A DNA stretch of 30,085 bases, from assembly GCF_006345805.1 (NCBI RefSeq), contig NW_021832472.1, positions 1-30,085 on the forward strand, in the 5' to 3' direction. Both the position numbers and the translations under genes were made by a program. Below the pieces are notes generated by a model. It had not been told where the DNA came from and did not search any database. It saw only the letters and a program-made list of their open reading frames with translations. Below are positions 1 through 11,580 of the stretch, in pieces. The stretch is from Octopus sinensis (Eukaryota). The first letter of the stretch is position 1. The number at the start of each line of letters is the position of its first letter.

Positions 1-268
1 TCTAATGTTACTTCATCTAATAAGCGAAAACTTAATTCAATCTGCATGAATAACGCATATAAGCAGTGCTGTCAAAATATATATATAATCATAGCATAGG
101 TTAATGCAGCGACAACACTAACACCGGCCACAACTGTAACTCTAGCACTATAACCAGAATAAATCAGGAAACGGATATGATAGCTTTCGAAGATGGTCGA
201 AGTACGGCTAAGACGAATGTTACTACTAATACTAATACTAATACTACCGCGGCTGCTACCAGTACAAT

Positions 269-279
269 TACTACTGCTG

Positions 280-353
<74 letters not shown>

Positions 354-360
354 TAATAAT
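269..360. repeat. Compound trinucleotide microsatellite (CTA)n followed by (AAT)n
   Basis: Directly visible. It explains the poly-Leu/poly-Asn ORF 193..405. Confidence 0.95.
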
Positions 361-408
361 TATAAAATCAACAACGTGAATATCAGTATATATGTGTATA
401 TGTAGATA

Positions 409-810
409 TACTCTTTTACTTGTTTCAGTCATTTGATTGTGGCCATGATGGAGCACCGCCTTTAGTCGAGCAAATCGACCCCAGGACTTATTCTTTGTAA
501 ACCTAGTACTTATTCAATCGTTCTGTTTTGCCGAACCGCTAAGTTACGGTGACGTAAACACACCAGCATCGGTTGGTCAAGCGATGTTGGGGGTACAAAC
601 ACTGACACACAAACACACACACATATATATATACATATATATATACGACGGGCTTCTTTCAGTTTCCATCTGCCAAATCCACTCACAAGGCTTTGGTTGG
701 CCCGAGGCTATAGTAGAAGACACTTGCCCAAGATGCCACGCAGTGGGACTGAACCTAGAACTATGTGGTTGGTAAGCAAGCTGCATCCCACACAGCCACA
801 CCTGCGCCTA
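409..810 (-). mobile_element. tRNA-derived SINE (Octopus-type) with an internal (CA)n/(TA)n tract
   Basis: The minus strand starts GGCGCAGGTGTGGCTGTGTGG, with an A-box-like TGGCTGTGTGG (788-798) and a B-box-like GGTTCAGTCC (746-755). These are followed by a CORE-like CTTGGGCAAGTG. The element ends GGCGGTGCTCCATCATGGCCAC...TGACTGAAACAAGTAAAAGAGTA. I recognise it as a very abundant octopus repeat, but no database check was run. Confidence 0.85.
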
Positions 811-1920
811 TATATATACATTATTGTTTTCTCTGCCATAAATTACAAATAGAACAGTTTGAATTGCCTCTTCTCAAGGGCAAAATCAGCACTTCCAGCG
901 GTAGCTGGTAGTAGTAAACACATTTGACCTCCGCTGACCCAAAATGTTCCAAGATTCTTTTGTCCCTATGGCTGACCTCCCCACCAACTGCCGAATCTAT
1001 TTATAGACCTGTAGAATCACTAAGGTGCTATTTTCCCTCCCCCATTTCTTTCAAAAACCACATATGTATGATTATCCCAAGTACAAGAAAATAAGAACAT
1101 TTAACAAAATCTTTAAATAATAAATTGAAATAGTAATAATGATAATAACAGCGGTATTGGTGGTGATGGTGTTAATGATAAAAATTAAAATAATGATAAT
1201 ATGCTGCAAATGCTAATACTACAAATACTACAACTACTACTACTCTGATAGCACAGGAATATCAGTGATATCAGTGATGATAATAATAATAATAATAATG
1301 AAAAAAGCGTGTAGAGTTTCCCCGAGTCTCCCCATGTCTTGATTAATGATACATCTAGTGATGGTGTCACAATGAATACACTGGTAATTGCATAACCTGA
1401 TAATAGCAACCTCATATGAGTGACAATGAATAAACAAAATATTGTGAATAACGGTGGTAATGAAACTGAAGCCATTGTTGCAAATAGCGTTACACACGGC
1501 AGGCTCCAGACTTTCGATATCCAGAAAGGTGCCACCACACACGGTCTAGATGAAGCAAGCAAATTAATGCTGAGGTCATAGAGTGAAACTACCTGAGCAA
1601 CTCGGTAGGTGAAAATGTTGCTCAAATTAGGGGTTACCGACAACGTTCCCAAAAAGGGAAAAGAAAATCCTAAAAAGGGCCAGAAAAGCCACTGCTGAAA
1701 AGCTGATAGAAAGCAAAGGAACGAAAAAGAGTTGGCCTGGTACAGGCCACTAAACCTGTTGGGAAAAACGGAAACGGTAATGATAGTATTCATGAACACG
1801 AACATGTATTTGGCGGGCGTGATTGTGCCCAACCTGTAAGCAAGAATCTTCCAGAGTTATATTGAAGGTGTCCTCACTTATGTAAAAATCCCATGGAAGC
1901 TATACAACGACATGTAGAAG

Positions 1921-2160
1921 CTACACCCAAAAGACACCTCTAATATTAACTATAATTCTATCTATATAAGACCGGATTGATCCGTCGTTATTACTGGAAG
2001 TCCACGTTGGAATACTCGGATAATCCAGACTGAATCGATTTGCCAGCCTATATCGCTTAAGTAGATTGACAAGGCGAGAGTAACTTCTCCTATTAGTCAA
2101 GCCAACGCTGTCCTGACAACCAGTGTTCGTTTGTCCTCTTAAGCTAGAATCTAGCATTCT
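1921..2160 (-). pseudogene. Fragment of the apurinic-like endonuclease of a Tx1/L1-clade LINE ORF2
   Basis: ORF 1921..2157 reads LLKRYRLANRFSLDYPSIPTWTSSN..RSYIDRI. This aligns with LLRRFQLSDRYRLDHPNAPTWTWSN..RSYLDRI of E3 (27.3-27.6 kb). Confidence 0.8.
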
Positions 2161-2543
2161 GACAAAATAGACAGATAGACTGCGTAGTTAGCGTTAAAGT
2201 AAAGGAAATACAGATACGATTCGTTTAACTAAAATTATCCAAAGTGGTTCACAATAATTGTAACAGTCAAGTAAAACATGTAAAAGAGTAACAAAATATT
2301 GGCGTATGTGAATAATTTATTACAGTCAGCTTCATGCTGGTACTTCGTGAGTTGGAAAACTTCATCATCTCTTGAAATTATGAATGGCGAAATCAAGAAC
2401 CTACTCACAATATATGTTGTCAAATTCTTCCGTTACTTCTTACAATGTTATTTGAATTAACATAAAAAGTATTTCAATCATTGTGTTTTATTATATCATA
2501 AACTAAATTCGCATCATACACATTCAGATATTATTACTTAGTG

Positions 2544-2546
<3 letters not shown>

Positions 2547-2624
<78 letters not shown>

Positions 2625-2640
2625 GTATATACATATATGA
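2547..2640. repeat. (TA)n microsatellite
   Basis: Directly visible. Confidence 0.95.
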
Positions 2641-3611
2641 TTATATACATGTATGTGTGTGTATGTGTGCGCGTGTGTGTGTGTTGATAGATAAGGTTGG
2701 TAGATGGATAGATGGATAGACGGAAAGATAGATACGTAGACAGACAGTTAGATATGGTGGCATATACAAAGGGTATAAATTGGTGGGTTGCACCATCATT
2801 TTACATTTGTAGTAAGGAAGCATATGTCCAATGATGATGAAGGTGATGTTGAAATTAAACTCGAGTAACATGTTTGCAATAATCGGGATGCAGTTACTGA
2901 GATTTTTGGTCATCCTACCCTACCGTGATTGAAAGGATTATATTTGATATGACACTGAAGATAAAAGTGATGGTGATAATAATAAAAGATATATTAATCC
3001 TTCGAGAGAATTTCCCCTTTGCTGTATACTAATAATTCTTTTGCAGGTTACCACCTTTGTGCACTTACTCAGACATTGCAAACATAAAAGCGACCGATTA
3101 AATATATTTTGAACAGCAACCCTTTGTGTTCATTTATATTACGATATATATCGCTTGCATCTACAGAATGGAGAGAGGCAAACTGCTTGCAGTCATTATT
3201 CAACTTGGGGTGTAAACGTGTGAAGCTGAACACAAGCATTTTTGTCACCTACATATACAGATCCCATCTAAACTATAGCAAAAGTGAATGGCATATACAA
3301 AATTATACCCGATTACAATGTATAGATATTTAGATATTCCATTGTAGATATATCAATCCATCAACAACTATATACTAACAAAATGAAACAATGAAATAGT
3401 GGATCTACAGTAGCGTTCCTTGATTCATTGTTTCATTGTTTCAATTATGCGGATTCGCGAGAAATCCCATGAAAGAAAGGAATTTGTTTATCAAAAATGG
3501 AGACGAACACCTTTCTCCATATGATCGAGTTGATAATTGTTAATATTATTGGATATTTTCCTACTTTTCTTAACATGAAACCGATGGTAGCCTTAATTCA
3601 CAAATAAAGAA

Positions 3612-3650
<39 letters not shown>

Positions 3651-3928
3651 TCTATATGCATACATACATAAATACATGCATATATATATATATATGTGTG
3701 TGTGTGTGTATGTAGGTATGTATGTATGTATGCATGTATATTTATATATGAGAGAGAGGGGGGTAATTATGCAGTACACTGGATATTTTAAACCCAATAG
3801 TTTGGGTATGAAATTTAAATTATGTATATAAGGTGCGGACGATCTTTGGGGACACTTGCATTTTTATCATTATTTTACTTGACTTATTTTTTAAACTTCT
3901 AGTTCAGAAAATATCAATAACAGGCCTT

Positions 3929-4960
3929 ATGCTTACTGATGAAATGAAAAAACATGCTGTGATTATGGCTTTGAAAGCTAAGCATGGTGATTTAGGAATA
4001 TCTTGGTTTCTGAATGTTGCATGATCTTTTGCCCATAAGATTCGGTGTGAGTTAGAGAAAGAAGATGGAAGCTTATCACTTGTATCAAAACATGAAAAAG
4101 ATAACATTCAATCAGAACACCTGAATTCATTTAGGAAGTTAAGTAAAACATTGGAGACAATCCAGAAAAGTCAATGAGATCAATTGCAAAATGATTTCAT
4201 GTGTCAGAAAAAGCAGTCAGAAATGTTGTACATGGAGACATCAGATACAAATATTACGTAATGATGAGAGGTCAATTCATGTCAGAAAATCGAAAGAAAA
4301 CCGTTTAATCGGATCCAGTAGAATTTCGAACAAACTTAAAAATCCATGAAAAATGGTGTTATTGGATTTTTCAAATGAGAAAACTTTGACTAGGACCAGA
4401 AATCTAACAGAAGATATGACAGATAGCATATGTGCAGACACGTCTGAGGTTCTAAGAGGAATTCACACAAAATCTCCTGCAAGTGTCATGATTCTGGGTG
4501 AAGGACATGTGATGCCTCCTCAACCTTTTCCAAAAGGCCTTAGAATGAATGCTGCTGCGTAAATTGACGTTCTGAATAAAGTTAAGATCAACAGTGTATG
4601 CAATGGAAGGACTTATGCCTTTCAACAAGTTTGTGTACCATCACACAAGGCTCAAATGATACAAGAATGGATAACCGACAATTTGCATGATCACATCATT
4701 CCCAACATTTCGCCTCCTATGTCTCCAGATCTCAATCCACTGGACTACTATGTATGGAGCGTTTTTGAGAGAAATGTCCACCTCATAGCACCCCACCATA
4801 GCACACACATAGCATCCCCCATAACACCAAAGATTCTTTGAAAGCTGCCATAGTTCGAGTCATGTCCGACATGAACAAAGACAACCTAATACGAGCTTGT
4901 AAACGATCTCGACCTTGCGTAGCGTTAGTTATTGTTGCTTGTGGTGGTGTTTTTGACTGA
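3929..4960 (+). mobile_element. Degenerate Tc1/mariner transposase, DD37D (maT-type), inactivated
   Basis: Joined frames give MLTDEMKKHAVIMALKAKHG..SIRTPEFI..NPEKSMRSIAK..DIRYKYYVMMRGQFMSE..FSNEK..HTKSPASVMILG..EGHVMPP..FQQVCVPSHKAQMIQEW..SPDLNPLDYYVW..HNTKDSLKAAIVRVMS..GGVFD*. There are 37 residues between the second catalytic position and the D of SPDLNPLD. The first two catalytic Asp read Asn and Val, and stops and frameshifts are present. No convincing TIR pair was found. Confidence 0.9.
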
Positions 4961-5762
4961 ATTTATTAAATTGATAATTTAGCTTTAGCAACTTTTAATA
5001 GAGGAATGAGAACATTAAACCATTCCAAAAAAAGGATGCAGTAATCATCAGATGGAAAGTTATTTTACAAATAAAAAGAATACCACGAGAATATAACTGG
5101 GACGCTGTTGAACTTTTCCGATGTCAACAATGACATAGTAGAGCTTAAGAATATAGTGTGTGAGAGGGAGTAATATGTCATTTAAGTTCAGCTACACTAC
5201 TAGACTTGTTCTTAGTAGGCTGGTAGACGTGTATATGATATTTTATTATAGTAGGGTTATAAGAATGGATATCTGGGAGGGGACATCAGTTATTCTTTCT
5301 TATCATTAAGAAGTTAATGATAAAGAATGAAGAAAGAATGAAGAAAGAAAGAACTAATGGTGAAGAAAAAGTGAAGGAAAGAAATATAAAGAAAAATAAA
5401 TGCGTACAAGACAGTTAGGCATGAGGTGGAAAGATGTAGGGTGTTGTTTTAGATACGAATATGTTATATACTTTAGATGGCATCGCTTGTAATATTAGGA
5501 CAAGCTTGCCTCGAGAGACTAACTTCTTAGATCCTTTTCCCAGCTATCATTTGCTTAAGCCTTCTATAAGAAAATGTCATCTACACCCATTTCCAAACTA
5601 GGTAAGAACCAGTCTAGCAGACTCTTATCACACTCGGGTCACCTAATTATCATATTACTGCCTGTCACAGACTATAATCTTCACTACAACAGCCAACTTT
5701 ATAATGGAGTAATGTTCTCATTCTCCTATTTAAAAGATGATTAATGGCAAACTCTATTATTA

Positions 5763-5764
<2 letters not shown>

Positions 5765-5846
<82 letters not shown>

Positions 5847-5857
5847 TATATATATAA

Positions 5858-5904
<47 letters not shown>

Positions 5905-5912
5905 TATAAATA
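5765..5912. repeat. (TA)n microsatellite, slightly interrupted
   Basis: Directly visible. It is the source of the YIYI ORFs. Confidence 0.95.
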
Positions 5913-6100
5913 TATTACTCATAAAATACAGTGTACATTTAACCACATAAAAGGAATCCACTCGAGATTCATCGCGCTATAAAGAACAGCTAGGTTCCAA
6001 ATCCTATTTAAGCTGAGGTGTACCTGTTGATAATGATTTCACCTACCAAATTATCTTTTTTGCTAAACTAAAGTCAGAAACCAATTGTACAGGAAACTAG

Positions 6101-6161
6101 ATTGATTGATTGATTGATTCTAGTTTCAGCTCATGAGCTGTGGCCATGCTGGGGCACCGCC
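6101..6161 (-). mobile_element. Heavily 5'-truncated SINE/LINE 3' end with an (AATC)n tail
   Basis: The minus strand reads GGCGGTGCCCCAGCATGGCCACAGCTCATGAGCTGAAACTAG followed by (AATC)n. It is homologous to the 3' tail of the SINE at 421-460. Confidence 0.7.
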
Positions 6162-6469
6162 AGATGGTAAAACTTTATATTTTTCATTTCATTCCTTTCG
6201 GGATTTTATCCCTAATTTTGTGGTTTTGGAATCTAGCTGTTCTTTTTAGCGGGATGAACCCTGTGAGTGGATTACTTTTATGTGTTTAAATATACAGTGT
6301 ATTCTATGAGTAATACATAGTCTTTGGACTAAACTTTTACGCGCTAGGCCACTGGAAGGGAAGATGTCTATTAATTCCGATTTCCCTTCGATATGATTAA
6401 GTATTGTAAGATAGACAGATAGATAGATAGATAGATAGATAGATACTTACATACAGACAAATTTATAGA

Positions 6470-7200
6470 TAGTCAAATAAATAGAGAGGTCGATAGATAT
6501 TTAGATAGATGCATACATACATACATATATACATATATACATACATTCGTATGTATCTACACATATGGATACATACGAATAACTGCACATATATTATACC
6601 AACATATATATTTTTAATGTGTGCTCTTAGTTCATATTTGCATATATATATATATATGTACAACTGGTTGCGAAATTTCGCGTTTATCACATATTTTAGC
6701 AGATGTTCAGTCTATGGATAATTTCGTACATTCCACATATGTAGACATACACGTTCATGTGCCTAAACATACATACGCACGCACACTCAAGCGCATATAT
6801 ACGTACATAAGCACACGTGGGCAATCATGTACGAACACTCATACACACATGTATACAAAATTTATGTCGAGTTTGGTTTATGGTAATGTAAAATTCTGGG
6901 GTTTGGTGAATAATAAATTTGTGTATACGTTGCAATACCCCGGGTATGTGATGATTGTATACAAAGAAAGAATTTGGGGACAATATTTGTATAATAATAT
7001 TTATATAACGGGTCCCCTAACGAAGAGGCATTTAAATATTTCAATGGAGAATTACAACATATCCTGGAACCTGCAATTATCATTGGACCTGAAATGTAAA
7101 AATAATGTTGAATATATCATGTTAGATTTCCTTAGACTACAGTAACATTACGAGTGGGTTATTAAACCAATGAGAGTTTCCAAAAATAGAGCAGACATAA
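6470..7200 (+). repeat. Block A copy 1 of a diverged dispersed duplication (direct paralog at ~22430-22985)
   Basis: Collinear similarity. I counted 32 differences in 158 nt over 6887-7044 vs 22665-22823. There is a 46-nt perfect match at 7117-7162 vs 22899-22944. Confidence 0.9.
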
Positions 7201-7229
7201 CACTCCACATCAAACACATAATGAAACAC

Positions 7230-7840
7230 AAATGCATATACACACATATATATGGGTATTTATATTGACAAATGTAGGGGCCTGTATGTGTGTATAAGTG
7301 GTGTCTAAATATGCATACGCACATCCATATATGGGTGTATGATTTTTTTGTGCGCGCGTGTGTGTGTGTGTGTTTGGGTTTGTGTCTGCAGTTGAACAAT
7401 TTGCAAGAGATATTTCAGGATATATTTTATAATTACCTGAAGCAATTCCAATCTAGTATAGTTTAAATTTACGTTACTAGAAAATGTTTGAAAGCTCTCG
7501 ATAGAATTTCAGGCAACTTGAGCATCAAAGACTTGACATGAATTCTTACTAGCAGTAAAAATCTAAATGTATTCCACTGAATTTAAATCTGGTAAGTTTT
7601 AAGTAAACTAGCCATATGTTTCATAACCATAAACAATGTCTGGTGGCCATACTAAAGTTTCCTATGATTTGTGTAAAGCCTTCCACCGCTTCCTACATCC
7701 AAAAGAATTTAACAACAACCTCCGATATTATTCAACTTATTCACCTTCAGTACCGACTACACTTAAAACTACCACGTTCCTAGAGACATAATGTGCATCT
7801 ATCTAGGGGCATTAGCTAACCCTGCAGATAACCATTTTCG
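7230..7840 (+). repeat. Block B copy 1 (inverted paralog at ~23250-23880); possibly an ancient Tc1/mariner relic
   Basis: GTTGAACAATTTGC..ATTTCAGGATATATTTTATAATT and TAATGTGCATCTATCTAGG..ATTAGCTAA.CCTGCA.ATAACCAT match the reverse complement of 23.25-23.76 kb. The antisense frame gives HKS*ETLVW and PDLNSVEY, weakly like the mariner motifs HKAxxTQxW and SPDLNPxDY. Confidence 0.8.
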
Positions 7841-9285
7841 TATATCTGTGCAGACACGAATCGGTTCTCTTCAATATGTACAATATGTAACGAATTTGTG
7901 GGGGATCGAATCACGAGCAAAAGCATATATGCTTTATATGATTACTGAAGGTATGATACCACTAGATAACACGGGATTTGAAGCCTAGCATATTAGATCT
8001 ACTTTCATGTCAATACCTATAGTTGTTTTTTTCATATTCCATCAGTTTTCCCAGTTTTCTGTTATCTGCTCCGATTGCCAAGATCTTTTCTTTGTATGCA
8101 GCAACCAAAAGCATGCAAGGATTGATGCCTTCAATTATTTACTGTTACTTTTTTTGTTTATCCAACATGTTCAGGTAGCAGTTATATATTTCTAAATAAA
8201 TTACGCCCATGTAATCAAAGAAAAGTGACCCAAGCCGAGATACTCAGGCGTCTCACGAAAGCGGCGACTGAGTGAAGTTCTCTGGTGATCTGCCTCAGAA
8301 TAATCGCATTGAATGGTGTTGCAGGTATACATCATCATATTCGTATCCCTGTGTTCATAGTTTTAAATCTAGGTATAATCGTTCACTTTGTTCATTGCTG
8401 GTTAACAACTAAGTGTGACAAATTATCAAAGTGGTTCTGAAGGTAATGCATTTTGATGATTTTAGATTGATGATATTAGATTGATATTTTGATTAATATT
8501 AGAGTGAAGTTGAAAGAAAAGAAAGCATGTTCTCTACAATTTCAAAGTGGTTACCTTCTTTATGAACCGCCAAGTAATATCTTTGCAACCAGTGTGAAGA
8601 ATGACCGTTCATTTGTCTCATAAAATTGAAGCCCGTCGAAAATACCTTCTTCTCAATGCTCAGCAGTAAGAATGCCCTGCATATTTAATTATAACTGCCA
8701 TCTGTTCTACTCAAAGTCTTCACAAACGCATTTTGAATATGACTTTAAATGTCCACTGGACGTTAAATAATCTTATCAATTTCATCCAACCTCTCATGTT
8801 TTCTCTCAGATGCCACTGTCTATCAATCAGTTTCCATACTAGATTTACTATGCCAGAGGCTATTAAAGCAGGTATTCTTGTTACATCTACTCAGCAATTT
8901 CAGGAAACAAATCAACGATCGGGAAATTCATAGAGTTTAGAGCTTAGTCACCGTAGTATGATATCGTTTGTAAAACCAGGGCGTTTGTGTCGTGATACCC
9001 AATCACTTAGCAGAGGGACCATTTCTCATTCATCCATCATAATTGCTATTATGTAGAAACATCTATTTTATGCGTCATATGGAACTCTTTGAATAGTCAC
9101 CATTCTCTTGGCACATATATAAATATACCAACTTCTCCAATGAAGCATTGAATATCATTGCAATAAAACGAAATCTTTGTATTTGAGTGTGCTCGTGTGT
9201 GCGTGGGTGAGTGTGCACGTGTGTATCTGTTTGCGTGCTCATGTGAGTGAGTGTGTGAGTACTATGTGTGTGAATGTTTGTGTGA

Positions 9286-9288
<3 letters not shown>

Positions 9289-9339
<51 letters not shown>
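9289..9339. repeat. (TG)n microsatellite
   Basis: Directly visible. Confidence 0.95.
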
Positions 9340-9340
<1 letters not shown>

Positions 9341-9611
9341 CTCAATTTATATCGAGAATATCAGTCCGCAACTGTCCACCTCATAGCCATCCGATGCATG
9401 CGATAGTACGCACATATACTCTGCCTCCCTACTGGTCAGTCTACAATGGTCGTATTCTTCTTCGATGCACTAGCCCCACGGTGTAAGCCTATCCGTGGCG
9501 AGTTCCGTGCCGTATATTTGGACGTGATTAAGCAAGGTATCCAATTGATCTATGCCATTTTCTTGAACAAGTGAGTTTATAACCTAGTTTCACCTCCCTG
9601 AATATATAAAA

Positions 9612-9790
9612 ACATCCTCATTCCTACAATTCCTTATCAACAATTACTACACTTCTGTATCCCCTATCTCCTTAACGAAGCTCTTATTCTAGCTAAAAAC
9701 TTTACTAACCTGACCCTCTAAGAAATAGACTTAATTCTAACTGCTAGGAAGGTACGAATTTTCTTCGATGATAAGCTTTGGTGCCGATGA
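9612..9790 (+). pseudogene. Penelope-like element reverse transcriptase fragment, followed by (AAT)n at 9797-9861
   Basis: With one frameshift and one stop it reads SFLQF(L)INNYYTSVS..LLNEALILAKNFTNLTL*EIDLILTARKVRIFFDDKLW. This resembles the Penelope RT pattern F.qFDI..fYPSI...LL..AL..A...T.I...E...I..ARK..LF....W. Confidence 0.6.
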
Positions 9791-11376
9791 ACATTCAATA
9801 ATAATAATAATAATAATAATAATATAATAATAATAATAATAATAATATAATAATAATAATAGCAACAATTTGTTTGATATAACTATGGGCCCCCCTTACT
9901 CTGCTCAGGTTACGGATCTGGTCGGACCATACCTCAGTCAGTGACTCCTCATGTAATACCAAGTGAAGTTTGTATAGGTACGATGCATTGGTGGTTACTA
10001 TGTACCCATCTAGACCGTCAATAGAGAAGACTAGACAATATTTACAGAACTTCTTTGCTCAGAGAGCGACCAGCGAGAGAGAGAGAGGGGGAGAGAGAGA
10101 AAATACGTGCACAGTATCACAAATATGATTACTATCAGCAATAAGTATTGTCAAACGAAATATTATGTGAGAAAATATGATGTATAAACCAGAGTGAGGA
10201 AAGAAATATATCGGTAGCGAAGAACTTACAAGACTTTCGAAACCGGTTCGTTATTATTCCTGCTGTTCCTGAAATATAATGGAAAGCAGAAACATATATT
10301 ACTGCTGTGATTTCTGTAGTTGGCTTATGGAATAAAATACAACATTAAGAAATGATTGAACACTGGTGTCGATGTAATCGACTTACATCTTTCCCAAAAC
10401 GGATGGCATTGTTTCAGACATTGAGAGCAATATGAAAAGATTTGAACGGAGAGCTTGCAGAAGAGTATGCCTTGCAGAGAGTTCAGCATCATTTTTCCCA
10501 TGCTTACGTTCTTAGCTGTGGATTAATTCTCCTTTGATACTTGGTGAGTGATAAAATAAGAAAAGTTGAATCACTAGTGACAATATAATCAATGTACACA
10601 CTTCTCCGGCATATGCTGAAATTCTTCCCATATTTGAAAATAATATGAATAAAATATTGTAGTCCGAAGCTGAGTTTAATTCATATTCGCGTCCCAAAAT
10701 AAGATTGATATATCGACAGGATACAGAAATGATCAAGGGTAAGTATGAAATAATTTTAGAAAGAGAGCATCGACATTCTGTGGTTTATGTTACGCACTAA
10801 AATTAAAATACCAGTGAAAGAATCAAGATTAATTATTAACTGAAGAGTAGAAATTTAGAAATGGGCACGTGAATCAAGGAAAATATCTATTAAAAGACAT
10901 TCTTGAATGGAATGTGCTATATCTTTGTCAATGAATCAGTTATTTCCTCCATCAGCCATTACTTGAAAGGTAATATTTCACTGATCATTCGTCTTTACTG
11001 TATTCTAGCAATTATTTGCTGCTTCAAAACACTAGTGTCTGCCTATTATATCAAATCAGGACACTCCTTATTTCGATAGCTTCTGTTGTCAAAATTGACT
11101 ATAAATGTTGTTTTGATACGAGTACTGTGGTCCCTGACATCATGTGTATTTAATTGGCTGTATTGGATTCAATTGAATAGCCGTTCGTGGTACCCTGTAT
11201 GGATAACCACACATACATGTATATATACCCACATTTATAGGCAGGTATGTATGTACGTACTTGTGTATGTATGTATGTAAGCATGTATCTACGTGTGTAT
11301 GTATGTAAGCATGTATGTATGCATGTATGTATGTATGTATATATGTATGTATGCATGTATGTATGTATGTATGTAT

Positions 11377-11580
11377 GTATAGCGTATAAGATGGAGGTTG
11401 TCCTGGATAGATCTGCCGCCGATTAGTCCACACACGATACGCGCCAACATTTTTGCTAATACCAAAATCTTCAAATCTCAATTAAGCGGAGTGATGGGCC
11501 TGAAATTGTCTATTTTATCCCCGTTGTTTGAGTCCTTTCTTAGTAGCACCACGATCCCCCGGCAAACAGATTTGGGTATT
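11377..11580 (-). pseudogene. Tx1/L1-clade RT fragment in duplication unit 1
   Basis: Reads VVLLRKDSNNGDKIDNFRPITPLN*DLKIL..GRSIQDNLHLIRY. This matches VTLLKK..KGNVIDNFRPITQLNADLKIL..GRTIHDNLHLMRY of E1. Confidence 0.85.

Noticed and set aside
740-808. tRNA-like sequence on the minus strand
   Set aside because: It is the SINE head. I could not fold a complete cloverleaf, and it runs directly into the SINE body.
1185-1832. 215-aa minus-strand ORF that looks hydrophobic
   Set aside because: No recognisable motif. It is partly built from (ATT)/(TAG) repeats, and the opposite strand resembles decayed low-complexity retroelement sequence.
5470-5620. Minus-strand KKLVSRGKLVLILQAMPS resembling an L1 post-RT motif
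   Set aside because: A single short motif surrounded by stops is not enough to call.
6948-7092. C-box (GTGATGA) and D-box (CTGA) pair present in both block A copies, suggesting a snoRNA
   Set aside because: The sequence upstream of the D box, where the guide would lie, is the least conserved part, and there is no terminal stem.
8200-8340. Mariner HTH-like peptides AEILRRL and IEWCCRY
   Set aside because: They are in different frames, too short, and no downstream transposase was found.
10663-10738. Possible 76-nt plus-strand exon ending in AAGG|GTAAGT (also 13424-13499)
   Set aside because: The donor is good and one frame is open in both copies. However, the acceptor has no pyrimidine tract, the peptide is unrecognisable, and the copies are too recent for conservation to be informative.
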